This document shows, one piece after another, positions 11,615 to 25,115 of a stretch of 64,000 nucleotides of DNA. The position numbers were made by a program, and so were the translations under genes. The notes beneath the pieces are model-generated. The model did not search any database. It was not told the DNA's origin and saw only the letters and a list, made by a program, of their open reading frames with translations. This DNA comes from Mobula hypostoma (lineage: Eukaryota): assembly GCF_963921235.1 (NCBI RefSeq), contig NC_086118.1, forward strand, positions 21,578,001 through 21,642,000, written 5' to 3'. The first letter of the stretch is position 1, and each line of letters starts with the position of its first letter.

Positions 11615-12808
11615 CCGTTAAACCAACCTTGACTAGTTCTTTTCCCACCCAGTCTCCTGTAAAAATGCTACTCCCTTTTCTTCGTTCCTTTGTCTCCGTC
11701 ACATCTGTTCCCAGGATGAGCCTTACCTTTCCAGGATATCAGAGATCTCCTCCTTCTTCAAGGAACGGGATTTCCCCTCCTTCACCACTGATGCTGCCCT
11801 CACCCATATCTCCTCCACTTCCTGGACATCTGTGCTCACCCTTTCTTCCCCTGCCTTAACAGAAAAAGAGTCATTTTTGTCCTCACCTATCACCCCATGA
11901 GTCTCTACATCCAATGCATAATTCTTCACAATTTCCACCATCTCCAAAGGGATCCTACCATCAAACATATTCCACCCCCTGCCCCCGCTTTCCACCAGGA
12001 TTCCCTTGTCCATTCGTCCCTCCCCACTAATCTTCCTCCTGACACCTATCCTTGCAAGTGACTGAAACCCTACACTTGCCCATTCACCTTCTCCCTCATC
12101 TCCATTCAGGACACCAAACAGTTCTACTGGGTGAGGAGACACTTCACCTGCAAATCTGTTGGGTCATCCAGTGTTACCAAAGCGTTGTCCTTTACATTGG
12201 AGAGACCCAACATAAATTAAAGGACCGCTTTGTCGAGCACCTCCGGTTTATCTGCAAAAGATGAAATTTCCCAGTGGCCAGTGATTTTAATTCCTATCCC
12301 CATTCCCTTTCCAACATGTCAGTCCATGGTCTCCTCTTCTTCCATGAGGAGGCCATTCTTAGGGTGGAGAAGCAACACCTCATTTTCCTTCTAGGTAGCC
12401 ACTAACCTGATGGCATGAACATTGACTTCACCCTCTGGTAATTTCCCCCTCCCCTCTTCCCTTCTATTCTTCACTCTGGCTTCTAAACTTTTCACCTCAC
12501 CTGCCTACTACCTCCCCCAGTGCCCTTCCTTCTTCCCTTTCTCTCATGGTCCACACTCCTCTCCTATCAGATTTTTTCATCTCCAATCTTCCTTTTCCAC
12601 GTATCATCTCCCAGCTTCTTACATCATCCCCCTCTTCCATCCACCTGGTTTCACATTACCTTCTAGCTTGTCCTCCTTCCTCTTCCCCCAAATTTTTATT
12701 TTGGCATCTTCCCCCTTCCTTTCCATTCCTGATGAAGGGTCCAGGTCGAAAACATCAAACGTTTATTCATTTCCATAGATGTTGCCTGACTTGCTGTGTC
12801 CCTCCAGC

Positions 12809-12842
<34 letters not shown>

Positions 12843-12880
12843 GCTCTGGATTTCCATCATCTGCAGAACCTCTTGTGCTT
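11615..12880 (+). mobile_element. Penelope-like element, 5'-truncated and decayed
   Basis: Collinear with 54470-55770, including the LYIGET (GIY-YIG) motif and a pLTR with a degenerate hammerhead at 12729-12756. Confidence 0.9.
12811..12840. repeat. (TG)n microsatellite
   Basis: Direct read; lies within the PLE tail. Confidence 0.95.
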
Positions 12881-13827
12881 CAATCCATTAGTGCAGATTC
12901 CTCTCACCTCACTAACAGAAACAGTGGAGTACAAAATTCACAGGTAGCCGAGCTATTGCAGAAACATATTGGCAGGCAGTTGAACTCGAACTCCACAGCT
13001 AGCCTCCTATGTGGGAAAAAAAAAACAGGTGACCAAGGGTTGAGATGTTGCTTCTCACTCACTAGCAAATGAGCTTCTAAATATACTGTAGTGTTTAAAA
13101 TTCTGAAGAACATGGACTCCTATGGGTGGATGAGGTGGAGTAAGTATCTGAAATAGTGCACGTACAACAATGAGAGAACTGCACTTAGGTTTGGTTACCA
13201 CACGTTTGAACAATTTGTAAAGAGTGCAGAAAAAAATAGTCCAGTTCTGAAAGTGAAAGACATACGTGATGTTATGGGAGAGAGTGGAGAAGGAGGGCTT
13301 GCTGTTTTTCAAAGAGAGAAGATTGAGAGGAAGTATATTAGGAGAGCTGGGAATACCAAGATGCTCTCAGAGTAACAATTACTGGTAGTGAAGGAATCCA
13401 GAACCTGTAGATATAAATGATAAGATAGAAGCAGAAAATTCTGGAAATTCTTTGCAGCTGGCCCCTGTGGAGAGAGAAATGGTTAATGCTTCGGGTTGAT
13501 GTCCTGCTTTCAGAATGGAGAAAAAGCTCCCTGTATTATGTAACTGGAGTTTTTCGCCAAAAAAGAATGATCCATACTGAAAAAATTAGCCAATAGACAT
13601 CAAAATATCTTTCCAGAGCTCTTTTTCACTTGCGTTGGAATGGTCAAAAACAAGCAAACGTTATGTGGCTAAGTAATATTTTGGGAATTTTCAGAAAAAA
13701 AAGTCTGAATTTCATTAGGATTTCAAAGGAGGAAAAAGAAATGTAAAGGTTTTGACTGACTAGAAAACGGTCTCAAATTTGCCATTTAAAGGCAATCAGC
13801 TGGATCAACGATTCCCACTGTTGGAAT

Positions 13828-14132
13828 CATAGAAACATAGAAAAATAGGTGCAGGAGTAGGCCATTCGGCCCTTCGAGCCTGCACCGCTATTATGATCAT
13901 GGCTGATCATCCAACTCAGAACCCCGCCCCAGCCTTCCCTCCATACCCCCTGACCCCCGTAGCCACAAGGGCCATATCTAACTCCCTCTTAAATACAGCC
14001 AATGAACTGGCCTCAACTGTTTCCTGTGGCAGAGAATTCCACAGATTCACCACTCTCTGTGTGAAGAAGTTTTTCCTAATCTCGGTCCTAAAAGGCTCCC
14101 CCTCTATCCTCAAACTGTGGCCCCTCGTTCGT
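13828..14132 (-). mobile_element. Young CR1 3' fragment
   Basis: TRGHSLRIEGEPFRTEIRKNFFTQRVVNLWNSLP; reverse-complement tail catagaaacatagaaa. Confidence 0.9.
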
Positions 14133-14184
14133 TCATGATTCCTATCAATGAATCTTATTGACAAATAATGACAGTTTTCAAAGC

Positions 14185-14530
14185 AGTTCTGATTAAGTCA
14201 TCTGTGAGGCCACATATGGAGTTTTATGTGCAGTTCGGGTCTTCTAGGCATGGAAAGGATGTTACTAAGCTGAAAGCATGCAGACAAAGAATCACAAAGA
14301 AGTTACTGGGACTGGAAGTCTTGAGTTCTATAGAAAAGCTGGATAGGCTGGAATTTTTTTGTCTGGACAGTGGAAGCTGAGAGGTGAGCTTCCAGAGATA
14401 CGTAAAATCATAAAATCATGACTGGTCACTATCTTTTTCCCAGTGTAGAGGCGTCTGAAGCTAGACGGCATTGGTTTATGGCAAAGTTGGGCTGACAGAC
14501 CTGTTTCTGAGCTGTATAAGTCTTAAATGT
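14185..14530 (+). mobile_element. Degenerate CR1 3' fragment
   Basis: VRPHMEFYVQF...QRITKKLLGLEVLS...LDRL, a CR1 post-RT motif. Confidence 0.7.
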
Positions 14531-15124
14531 CTGTGACTTTAACAGTCTCCAATCTGCAATATTAACTATTTTTTTCTTTCCACAGTTCTTCCTGACCTGC
14601 TGATCACTTCAGACAATTTCTGTCATTCTTTCTGATCTCCAGCATTTGTAGTTGTTTGATACTACTTCCGATCTGGGGCTAAGAAGTCATATTCCTCTCA
14701 CCATCAGTAATTAACTGATGAGTGTCTTTATCATGTGCAATGTGCTGCAATTAGACTTTGCGGTTAGCGCGTTGGACCTAATTAAACGTAGCTGAACGTT
14801 TACAGCAGTGGTGTTGCTGCCTCATAACTCCAGTGACTGACTTTAATCCTGACCTTCAGTGGCACCTGCATGGAGTTCGTATGTTCTCCCTGTGACTGTG
14901 GGTTTGCTCCAGTTTACTTCTGTATCTCTACTTTTTGCTAGGTTATTGGCGGAAGTAAATTGCCCCTAACAATCAAGATCAAGATCAAGATTGTGCAAAG
15001 TAATTTCCAGTACAGAAGTAGAATGTAGGATAAAATAATTGTAATTTCAGATCTGATGCTGTACAAAAAAACCCACAGCCAGATAAAGGACACAACAATA
15101 AAAAAAATACTCTCAGACCATAAA

Positions 15125-15745
15125 CATGAGGAAGTCTGCAGATGCTGAAAATCCAAAGCATCACACACAAAATGGTGGAGGAACTCAGCAGGTCAGGCAA
15201 CGTCTATGGAAATGAATAAAGCAGTCGATATTTTGGGCCGAGGCCCTTCTTCGGGACTGAGAAGGAAGGGGGATAATGCCGGAATAAAAAGGTGGGGGGG
15301 AGGAAGGGGAAGGAGGCTAGATGGAAAGTGATAGGTGAAGCCAGGTGGGTGGGAAAGGTCGAGAGCTAGAGAAGAAGAAATCTGACAGGAGAGGAGAGTG
15401 GACTATAAGAGAAAGGGAAGGAGGAGGGAACCAATGGAGAAGTAATAGGCAAGTGAGAAGAGGTAAAAGGTCAGTGTGGGAATTAGAGGAAGAGGAGAGT
15501 GATTTTTTACCTGAAGAAGAAATCAATAGTCATGACATTAGGTTGGAAAGTCCTTGGAATGTAAAATGTTACTCCTCCACCCTGAGGATGGCATCATCTT
15601 GGCACAAGAGGAGGCCATGGACTGACATGTCAGAATGGGAATGGGAATCGGAATTAAAACGTTTGGCCACCGGGAAGTATCAATTTTGTCAGATGGACAC
15701 AGGTGCTTGACAATGTAGTCCCCCAGTTTATGACAGACTCTCAGA
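15125..15745 (-). mobile_element. Penelope-like element 3' fragment
   Basis: Reverse complement of the GIY-YIG C-terminus and pLTR; degenerate hammerhead at about 15222-15259. Confidence 0.85.
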
Positions 15746-15914
15746 GAAGCAGGAACTATTAATTCCCCACATCTTGGATAGGTACATGGGTGAGAGAGGT
15801 ATGGAGGGATAGGGTCCTGGTACAGGTAAATAGGAGTAGGCAAAAGACCAGGTCAGCATAGGCTAGATAGGCTGAAGGGCCAATTTCTGTATTGGAGTAC
15901 ACTCCGACTCTACG

Positions 15915-16038
15915 TTTCTGCAGATGCTAGAAATCTTGGAAACCACGCACAAAATGCTGGAGGAATTCAGCAAGTCAGGCAATATCTGTGGAAGGCAAAT
16001 AAACAGCTAATGTTTCAGGCCGAGACCTTTCATCAGGT
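15915..16038 (-). mobile_element. Penelope pLTR fragment
   Basis: Minus strand reads CTGATGAaaggtctcggcctGAAAC followed by the conserved pLTR tail. Confidence 0.8.
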
Positions 16039-16280
16039 CACTGCAGCAGTTGGGTAATCAAAGTTTTTTCAGGGGCACTTAGAACATGCCTTGTTCCAGC
16101 ATTCGAATGAACTTATTAGCTTTGGCAGTGAGCTTAAAGGTTATAGTGCTGGTGCTTTTCTACCCATGATACCGCTCACCCGTGTTTTATATTTAATGTA
16201 GTTAATTTATAGAGCACTACTGATGTAAGAAAACATCTCAAAGCTTTTCATTTTGGGGCATGAGGTGATAGAGGTGCAAG

Positions 16281-17590
16281 ATGTTCAAGTTTGCTGACAA
16301 CACCATTGTCGTAAGCTAAATCAAAAGTGATGATGAATCAGCGTATATGAGGGTGATTGAAAATCTGATTAAGTGCTGCCGTAACAACACCCTCTTGCTC
16401 AATGTCTGCAAGACCAAGGAGCTGATTATTGATTCAGGAGAAGGAAACCAGGGGTCCACAAGCCAGAGGACCAGAGTGGAGAGGGTCGACAACTTTAAAT
16501 TCCTCAGTGTTATCATTTTGGAGCACCTGCACGTAAGTGCAATTATGAAGAAAGCACGGGAGAACCTCTACTTCCTTAGGCATTTGTGAAGATTCAGTAT
16601 GACATCTAAAATGCTGTCAAACTTCTATAGATGTTTAATGGAGAGCATATTGACTGGCTGCATCACAGCCTGGTATGGAAACATCAATGCCCTTGAATGG
16701 AAATTCCTATAAAAATTAGTGGATACGGCCCAGACCATCTCAGATAGAGCCCTCCCCACCAGTGAGCATCCATTAGTCTCATGAGACCATGGATTTGCGC
16801 CTTGGAAGGTTTCCATGGTGCAGGCCTGGGCAAGATTGTATGGAAGACCAGCAGTTGCCCTTGCTGCAAGTCTTCCCTCTCCACGCCACCGATGTTGTCC
16901 AAGGGAAGGGCATTAGGACCCATACAGCTTGGCACCGGTGTCGTTGCAGAGCAATGTACAGTGTACAATGTACAATGTACAATGCAGAGCAAGGGTACAC
17001 ACACTGCCTCAGCCAAGGCTCGAACTAGCAACCTTCAAATCACTAGACAAACGCCTTAACCACTTGGCCACGCGCGAACACTCCAGCGAGCACATCTACA
17101 TGAAACACTGTCACAGGAGAGCAGCATCCATCATCAGGGACACACCCACCACCCTGGATATGCGCTCTTTTGGCTGCTGCCGTCAGGTAGAAGGCACAGG
17201 AGCTTCAGGACTCCCATCAGTAGTTTCAGAAACAGTTATTACCCCTCAACTATCAGGCTCTTGAACCAAAGGAGATAACTTCACTAAACTTCACTTGCCC
17301 CATCATTGTAATGTTCCTGCATCCTTTGAACTCATGTTCAAGGACTCTTCATCTGACGTCCTTGATATTTATTGTACATTTATTTAATATTATTATTTCT
17401 TTCATTTTGTGCTTGCACAGTTTGTTGTCTTTTGTACACTGGTTGAATGCCCAGTGGTGCGGTCTTGCATTGATTCTGTTATGGTTATTATTCTACTGAT
17501 TTACTGAGTATGGCCGCAAGGCAATGAATCACAGATTTGTATATGTTGATATATACGTACTTGGATAATAAATTTACTTTGAACTTTGAA
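16281..17590 (+). mobile_element. Rex1/Babar-like LINE 3' part, interrupted by a SINE
   Basis: KFADNT...LLNVCKTKELIID...VDNFKFLSV...KARENLYFLR; 3' end aataaatttactttgaactttgaa. Confidence 0.85.
16769..17082 (-). mobile_element. tRNA-derived SINE (same family as 7859-8160)
   Basis: A and B boxes on the minus strand; TSD ccagtgagca (16759-16768) / ccagcgagca (17083-17092); internal (cattgta)n expansion. Confidence 0.85.
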
Positions 17591-17611
17591 GGACAATATG
17601 TCACTTTCATC

Positions 17612-17797
17612 ACAAACAAGAGAATATCTGCAGATGCTGGAAATCCAAGCAACACATAAAAATGCTGGAGGATTTCAGCAGGCCAGGCAGCGTCTATAGA
17701 AAAGAGTACAGTTGACGTTTCAAGCCGAGAGGTTGACTGTACTCTTTCTCATAGATGCTGTCTGGCCTGCTGAGTTCCCCCAACATTTTGTATGTGT
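17612..17797. mobile_element. Two Penelope pLTR tails in inverted orientation
   Basis: About 65-bp imperfect inverted arms at 17652-17716 and 17732-17797. Confidence 0.85.
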
Positions 17798-18064
17798 CAC
17801 TTCCCTCACTTTGCCATCCCTGACAACTAACAGACATTCAGTCCTAAAAGCAGACCCCACATGATGCACAATCTGGGATGCATTTCTGCAATCCAACATA
17901 ATTAAATTGTTTTGTAATTTCTGTAAATAATGGCATACTTTTAAAAAAGTCAGTCCCACTGTGAAAATCATAGGCAATATCAATTCATTGCAGAGAATGA
18001 ACTGAGAAATCCTCCTACAAGATGAGGCATAATTGTGTTATATGAAACCCATGAAGGAATGTGG

Positions 18065-20150
18065 ACCATAGATCATAAAATAGTACAGATAGGGACAAAT
18101 CCTTCAGCCCACATTGTTGCGCTGAACTACTGCATAATCAAATATCCAAATAAACTACTCCCATCTACTGCACATTCATGTGCCTAAGAGCCTCCATCAT
18201 ATTTACCTCATATGTATTTGCCTCTATCACCACTTTAAGCAGCGCATTCCAGACAACTCTCAGTGTGTAAAAAAAGTCTTGATCCACACACCTTCCTTGA
18301 CCTTCCCTCCTCTTACTTTAAATGCACTCCCTTTGGTATTAGACACTTTGACCCCAGGAAAAATACTGGCTGTCTACTCTATCTGTGTCTCTCATAATCT
18401 TATAAACCTCTAACAAGTTTCCACTTAGTCTCTACTATTCCAGAGAAAACAACCGAAGTTTGTCCAGCCTCTCCTTATAGCACATACCTTCTGGACAAGG
18501 CAGAATGCTGATAAACCTCTTATTGACACTCTCCAAAGCTTCAATATCCTTCCTATAACACTGGACAATAAAGATTTTGTTTCCTGAATACTTTTGGGTG
18601 TATCTTATGAATTGTGAGCTGCTGATCATGAAAATCACCAAGAAATTTCCCTGTGATGTACCATTTTTTGAAATCACCTACATTTGTTGTTTCAACTCAC
18701 AATTCAAGTCAGAATAGTTGATGCCAAGATGAAGGAAAGCATTTTTGCTGGTGTACAAATCAAACAGGTCATCAATGCCAGGCAATTCAAAGAACTTCTT
18801 GTGGACTGGAGAAAATGGCATGGAAGGCACTCAAGGATGTTGCTGAAAGTTTTCTTGGCATCTACAGAGCACCAAACTATGTGCAGTTGGTTGACGACAT
18901 GCTTCAAGCATACAAAATCATGAAGTGTAACATGTCACTAAAGATTCATTTTCTGCATTCCTATTTAGACTCCCTCCCTGAAAATCTTGGTGCTGCAGTG
19001 ATGAGCACGGTGAAACTTTTCACCGGGATATTGCGGTCATGGAGAAACGGTATCAGGGCAACTGAATTCCATCAATGCTAGCTGATTATTGTTGGACATT
19101 TAAGTGAAAAGCCTCAGACACTGAGTACAAATGAAAGTCATGAACAAAGTATTTTTAGCTTAGTTGGACTATTGCAAAGTGTCAGCACCGTTATGCAATT
19201 AAACAGATTATATTCAATAAAAGTTAATTTCTTATTTCTCCAAATTCCTACATGATACAAGTAGTCTGTGTTCAGATTCAAGTGGTTTATCATGAACAAA
19301 AAAATTTCTGAGGAAGCAACACTTTCGAAAAAATTCGTTGTCCAGTGTAATAGGGCAACCAGAATGCAGTACTGGAGATGCAGCCTAACCAAAGTTTTAT
19401 AAAGCTGCAACATAACCTCCCAACTGTTGATCTAATTCCTCAATGAATAAAGGCAAAATCCTTTGTTCACTACCCTATCAACTCTTGTAGCCATTTCAGG
19501 GAGCTCTGAACTTGCATCTCAAGATCCTCTGCTCATCAACATTGTCAAGTGTCTTGCTATTGGGAGTGTGCTGTGGCTTTATATTTGATCTCCCAAACCA
19601 CAACACTTCACATTTGGCTGGGTTAACCCCCATCTGTCATTTGTCTGCTCATATCTGGACTGATCTATATCCTGCTGTATACTTTGCTAGTCTTCTCTGC
19701 TATCTGCAATACCACTAGTCTGCAAACTCTCTAATCCACCCATCTATATTTACATACATTTATATATATCACAAACAACAGAAATCCTAGCACAGATCCC
19801 TGTGGAACACTACTAGTCATAGACCTCCAGCCATAGTACGTCCCTTTGACCACAACACTCCACCTTGTTTGGGCAAGTCAGTTCTGAATCCAAGTGGCTA
19901 GTTCACCATGAATGCCATGCCTATTAATCCTTTGGATGAGCATTCCATGAAGATCCTTGTCAAACATGCTTCTAAAATCCATGTATACAATATCTACAGC
20001 TCTACCTCATCAATGACCTTTGTCACCTCTTCAAAAAACTTCATTAAGTTAATAAGATATAACTTGCCTCGCACAAAGCCATGCTGACTGTCCATAATTA
20101 AGTCATGGTTTTCCGAATGCTTATAAATCCTACCCTAAGAATCCTTATAC
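18065..20150 (-). mobile_element. CR1 LINE RT-3' fragment, interrupted by a DNA transposon
   Basis: YRKDIEALESVNKRF...YKERLDKLRLFSLE and MLQLYKTLVRLHLQYC lie on either side of the insertion. Confidence 0.85.
18559..19347 (+). mobile_element. Chapaev3-like (CMC) DNA transposon, internally deleted
   Basis: TIR CACTGGACAA...TTGTCCAGTG; 3-bp TSD TAA; transposase C-terminal remnant MSLKIHFLHSYLDSLPENLGA...ADYCW. Confidence 0.85.
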
Positions 20151-20219
20151 TACTGTAGTTCATTTTCAGTTATCTAGCATCTGATTCTTTTTTTCATAAA
20201 TCTTTCTGCCCAGTGAAAC

Positions 20220-21500
20220 TGGTAAGATGGCAGCATGCTCAGATGCTACGAAACTAACCAAAGGCGTTATTGTCTTTTTAAAATGTATTTTGGATGATTG
20301 CAGGACCCGGCTGGACATTAAGAACTTTGAGTACTGCAAGTCTACCCCATCAGCAAGTTGCTCTTTGGTGGAGAAGTTGAAGGAGCTGGTCTTGTTGCAG
20401 ACCATGTTGTTGCCTGCTACAGAGAGGCATCAGAGTCGGTGCATGAAGTCGAAGTGCAGTCTGATAGTGATGGTTTTATTTGCATTTCTTGTGATTGCAA
20501 GTCCCTCGTTGGGCATTGGTAATGCGGAATGCTGCAAGTCCAGTTCATTGGTTTACCCACGAGACTGACAGTGGGAGAGATGTGTGGCCTCGGTCACAGT
20601 GAAACCTATAGGCCTCAAGCCGTGGAGTCGCCTGTTTGCAGCTGTCCAGGAGAGAGGCATCGGAGTTAGTACTGGAGGCTGAGTGGTGCGGCGTCCAGGC
20701 TGGAGGCCACTGTTCTCTCTAAGCACTGCTGCTTAATGATTGAGATGCTCCAATGCACATAGCCTTTGTCGCTGCGCAGCTGGGACTTTCTTTTATATAG
20801 TGTTTATAAAATTTGAAGTTATGCTAATATCATTTTGAAATTTATGTTGATATAATTATCAAATACCTTGTAGTTAATTATGTTCATGAATATAATCCAT
20901 AAATTTTCTAAGTAATAAACATAACATAATCTTTACTTTGAAACATTTTAGAGTTTCAACATATTTACATTTTCAGTGCTTCAAGTTACAACACTGTTAC
21001 AAATTATAACAATAAACACAAAATGGAATTTGGTAGCTCCATGTTAGTAAATCGCCAGCCTGCTGAACGCTGATGCCATCTAGTCAAAACAATTTATTTT
21101 AGCCATTGTGCCAGTCGAATGTTTTGACGGCATGATATCATTTACTTCTGTTGTGAGTTGTGGATTGTGTTTGTTTGATGTGCATATTACAAGAAAAAAG
21201 CCATTTAAACTGCTGCACAGTTTTCAGGCTGTGCAAAAATTTCCCGCTCAGAGCAATGGTTGCTCCACGCAAGCTGTAAAAAAAAAATCAGAGGGAACAT
21301 TGCTGGCGGTGGTGCTGTGCTCCAGTGTTTGCTCAGAGGTAGATTAGGCCTCAAGCCGTGGTCTGGCCTGTTTGTAGCTGCCCAGGAGAGAGGCGTCAGT
21401 GTTGGCGCTGGAGGCGGTGTGGCATGGTGTCCATGCTGGAATTAGTGCTGTCCTACAGTGTTCGCTCAGCAGAAGACAAGCTGGTTTACATAACATTAAC
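20220..21500 (+). mobile_element. Non-coding repeat resembling a LINE 5' UTR (AAGATGGC start, internal tandem duplications), interrupted by a MITE
   Basis: Starts gtaagatggcagc; 20589-20705 is repeated at 21345-21440. Confidence 0.45.
20708..21302. mobile_element. hAT (Tip100-like) MITE
   Basis: Imperfect TIR cactgttctctct / agagggaacattg; 8-bp flanks ctggaggc / ctggcggt (6/8 match); AT-rich non-coding interior. Confidence 0.65.
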
Positions 21501-21659
21501 AATACCTATTTCAAGTCATCTACAAAACCAAGACATTCTCTATTTCAGTGAGATGTCCATCATTAACACTGTGGCAGTACTCATTCCCCTGAATTATTAG
21601 AGATGCATGTATGTAGATTGTAAGTAATTGTACATGTGAATCAGAATTTATTGATGCTG

Positions 21660-22025
21660 ATTTTAAAAAAAGAGTGTTGGCAAGATCAGCATTTATTGGC
21701 CATCCCCAACTGCTTTTGAGAAGGTGGTGATGAGATGCCTTATAAAAATGGTCCAATCCTACTGGTGAGGGTATTTTCACAATACTTTTGAAGAGGTGGT
21801 TCCAGGATTTAGATCGAGTAATAAGGACTGCTGATATATTTTCAAGTCAAAATGCTGTGGAACTCAGAGGGAAGCTGCGCGTGGTGGAACTCCCATGTGC
21901 CTGCTGCCTCTGCCCTTATTAGTAACAGAGATTGTGGGTTTGGGCGGTGCTGCTAGAGTCCCTGGGCAAGTTATGCAATGTTTTTTTCCATATAAAATAC
22001 AGTGCAGCTACTGTGCATCTGTCAA
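21660..22025 (-). mobile_element. CR1-superfamily 3' fragment
   Basis: Homologous to 9440-9720 and 10030-10130 (cagcatttattggccatccc...ttgagaaggtggtgatgag). Confidence 0.7.
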
Positions 22026-23809
22026 TAATGAATTTGTTCCAAAGTAATGGGGTATTTTGTGTGAAAATGTGTTTCAGCGTTTCTTCAGAACAAGCATCCA
22101 AGTTACTGCCAACTTCTCCCACTCCTTTGTCCAAAGCCATACCTTGTACCTTATGGATTTCATTGTTCTAACTTTATGGTTTTACATGGATACTGTTAAC
22201 AGCCATAAAGACATGTGGAGTCAGGGATGTATGGTATTCAGAATGGTTCATTTTTCTTTCCGAGTTTCACGCAAGCATTGCATTCCCTGATCCCTGTCTG
22301 GAGACACCCTCCACACAATTAGACAGCAGCCACTAAAGCGACCGCAAATAAAGCTGGTCACCTGTGGAACAGGCTATCTGGAGTGCCTGAGGATGTTTTA
22401 AACTTTGAGGTAGAAGAAAAGCAACTGAAAGTCATGCTTAATAAATTATTTGGTCTGAAGCACAAATGGCCTGGGGGCTTCATTTGTACAGATGGCTGTG
22501 CAATCAGCATCCAGCAGCTTAATTCTAGAACTCTCTACTTATTGAAATGTTGTGTGCAGTCTGTACTTGGTGATAAAAAATAGCTTGTCACAATGTTCAC
22601 ATTCAGTTTTGTCAACTTCAATGTCTTCATACTGAAATAGATATGGCCTGCCTTTAGGATGTTAAAGCATTGGTACTCCCACAGTCTCGCTGTCTATGTA
22701 ATGCTATTATCTGATCCTTGAAATTACTTTACTACCTTAAACTGATTCTGTTATGTCTTTCTCTGCTGATGTTCTGTTTTTACTCATCCTGGTTGCTCAC
22801 ACTTTTTAAATATATGCTTTTGTTGCATCAGGATCAACTAAAAGGCCTTGCCTATTTTGTAGTTTACATTCTACTATTAAATTTTCTTCATCATTTCATG
22901 GTGGATACTTTTTTTAATCAGAACCACTGTTTGTGCATCACATTTACTTCAATAATTGTGATGTATTGTTGTTAAGCTGACTTATTGCTCAAGATGAATT
23001 GCACATTGGCCTCATGGACAGTCAGCTTTTAATTTATTAAAAATGCAATATTAATGGGTGGAATCCCATTGAGTATTCACAGTTCCTGGTATTTTTCAGT
23101 GCAAGTCCCATACAGTTTCAGCTCTCACATGCAAATGTAGTAGTCCCAAACTTCCTGACCAAAATCTACCAGCCATTTCCTGGTGCGGTCTGTTACTGGA
23201 CTCCCTGCAGGGTGAAAAGGTTGTGCAGAATTCAGCTGAGCTTCCCCAGCTAGGGAACTTGCGTTCAAATCCTTTACCAGATTAATGTAGGTCTTCAAGT
23301 TTATTCATCTATACAGTGATTATAGGGCAGTGGGAAGTTTTTTTTTGTTTTAACGCTTTTAAGTGTTGGAAATCCCTTTAAACAATTTTAACTTTTAATT
23401 ATTTATTTCACCTTCAAATAGCTTTCCTGAATGTACTGACATTCAGAAATATTGAAAAATATTGGCACTTCTGACATTTGGCAAAACTGGGGCAAAGGTT
23501 TGCTGCTGTCAAAAACTTTCAGGCGTTTCATGTACAGCCTACCTTCATCCAACCATTATCTGCTCTGAGCCTGCTGATTACTCTTTATAACCTGGCTCTG
23601 AATGTTTTTCTTAATGTTATCCAGAAATGTCCTAACTTCCTTTTAATTTTTCCTGTTTAAAATTAGCTGTCTATTGTCATGGTAAATTCAAGCTCTGAAA
23701 TAATGTGGCATTGAGGAATATCCAACCTAGATATGTATTTAAACATAAATTATGTCAATCATCTGACTACTCACAACTCTTGGTGCATATAAATATCTAG
23801 AAATTGTCT

Positions 23810-24033
23810 TTATTTTGTCACATGTACATTGAAATGTGTTGTTTGTGTCAATGACCAACATCATCCGATGATGTGCGAGGGACAGCTTGCAAGTGTCGCC
23901 ATGGTTCACGTGCCAACATAGCGTGGCCGCAACATACTAACCCTAACCTAACCCATATGTCTTTGAAATGTGGGAGGAAACCAGAGCACACCCAGAAGAA
24001 ACACACGTGGTAACAGGGCAAATGCTCCTTACA
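23810..24033 (-). mobile_element. HE1-like V-SINE fragment
   Basis: gtctttgaaatgtgggaggaaaccagagcacacccagaagaaacacacgtgg is the reverse-complement V-domain; similar to 2820-3103. Confidence 0.75.
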
Positions 24034-25115
24034 GATCTCCTTGGGGATCCTTGACAGTGTCACGTCTAAGCAAGTGTAGAAAGCCTCTTTTTCATACTCA
24101 CGCAAGTCCAGAGTTGGTGCACAAGCACCCAAAACTGTTGCCATATGGTTACTGACAAATACCAAACAGATCATCATAAGATGTTCACTGATCCCCACGG
24201 AGGTTCAGAGAGTTGGTTGACAAGGTGGTTCTTTATTGCAGACCCGACATCGTGGATTCTGGGCTCATCAGCTGCCTTTCCTTTTCAGAAGAAGGTGTAA
24301 ACACCCTTCAACCCCTTTAATTGCCATTCATCTGCCAGGTGGGTTGAGAAAGAGCAGCTAGGTCAATCTAGCACCTCCTTATTTCTCTGGCAGTGGTCAC
24401 AGCTTTCCTCTCTGCCCAATCTACCTTTCGAGTGCACACTTTATAGGCTCTAAAAGTCATGTTTCTTTGTTCCTGACTACTTATGGTGATCCCTTTGGCT
24501 GTGGTGATCCTGTCAGGGGGTTTCAAGGCAGGCTATTTCTAGGACACCTTTTTCATCCCATTCCCCAAGTGGGGAGAGCAGAGTTTATCCTAAATAGGGC
24601 TGCTCAGTCATTGGTGCAGCTGCCGAAGGTCTCCTTCTGCTTCAGTTCAAGAGCCTGGCGACTGAATCAAACACCCACTGCGCTATGTACCAACTCCTGA
24701 CTAGGGGCTTTCAGACTGACAATCCTGCCCCCTCCACCACTTGATGATCACCACCGCACTTCACCTGGGTTGTTAGGGTGAATTACCTTAATGGAGAATG
24801 CCTGTGTGTAACTTTGCCTAACGTGGGGAGGCTGATACATGGGCAGCCACCACACAATTGTTGACAGGTCGGGATCTGGGTCCAGTGGTATGGATTGCAA
24901 GACGTATGGGGACACCTCACTGTCATCATCTTCTGCCAGCTCCACCTGTGAGGTCTTGGTTGGATGGCTCTTTATCTGAACCACTCCCTTGACCTTACCA
25001 CCATGCGTGATCCTACCAGGATCTTAGTGCCAGATGGTTAAACCCCAGATGGCATCACTCTGGGGATCTCAGGAACTCACAAGCCTCTTCACCATGACAA
25101 GGCGACGATCCTCTA
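24034..25115 (-). mobile_element. RTE (BovB-like) LINE 5' fragment: 5' UTR plus APE endonuclease start
   Basis: GISEHLM...ATVLGACAPTL...EKEAFY...LSRIPK is an RTE endonuclease motif; the 5' end gatcgtcgccttgtcatggtgaagaggcttg resembles RTE 5' termini. Confidence 0.7.
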
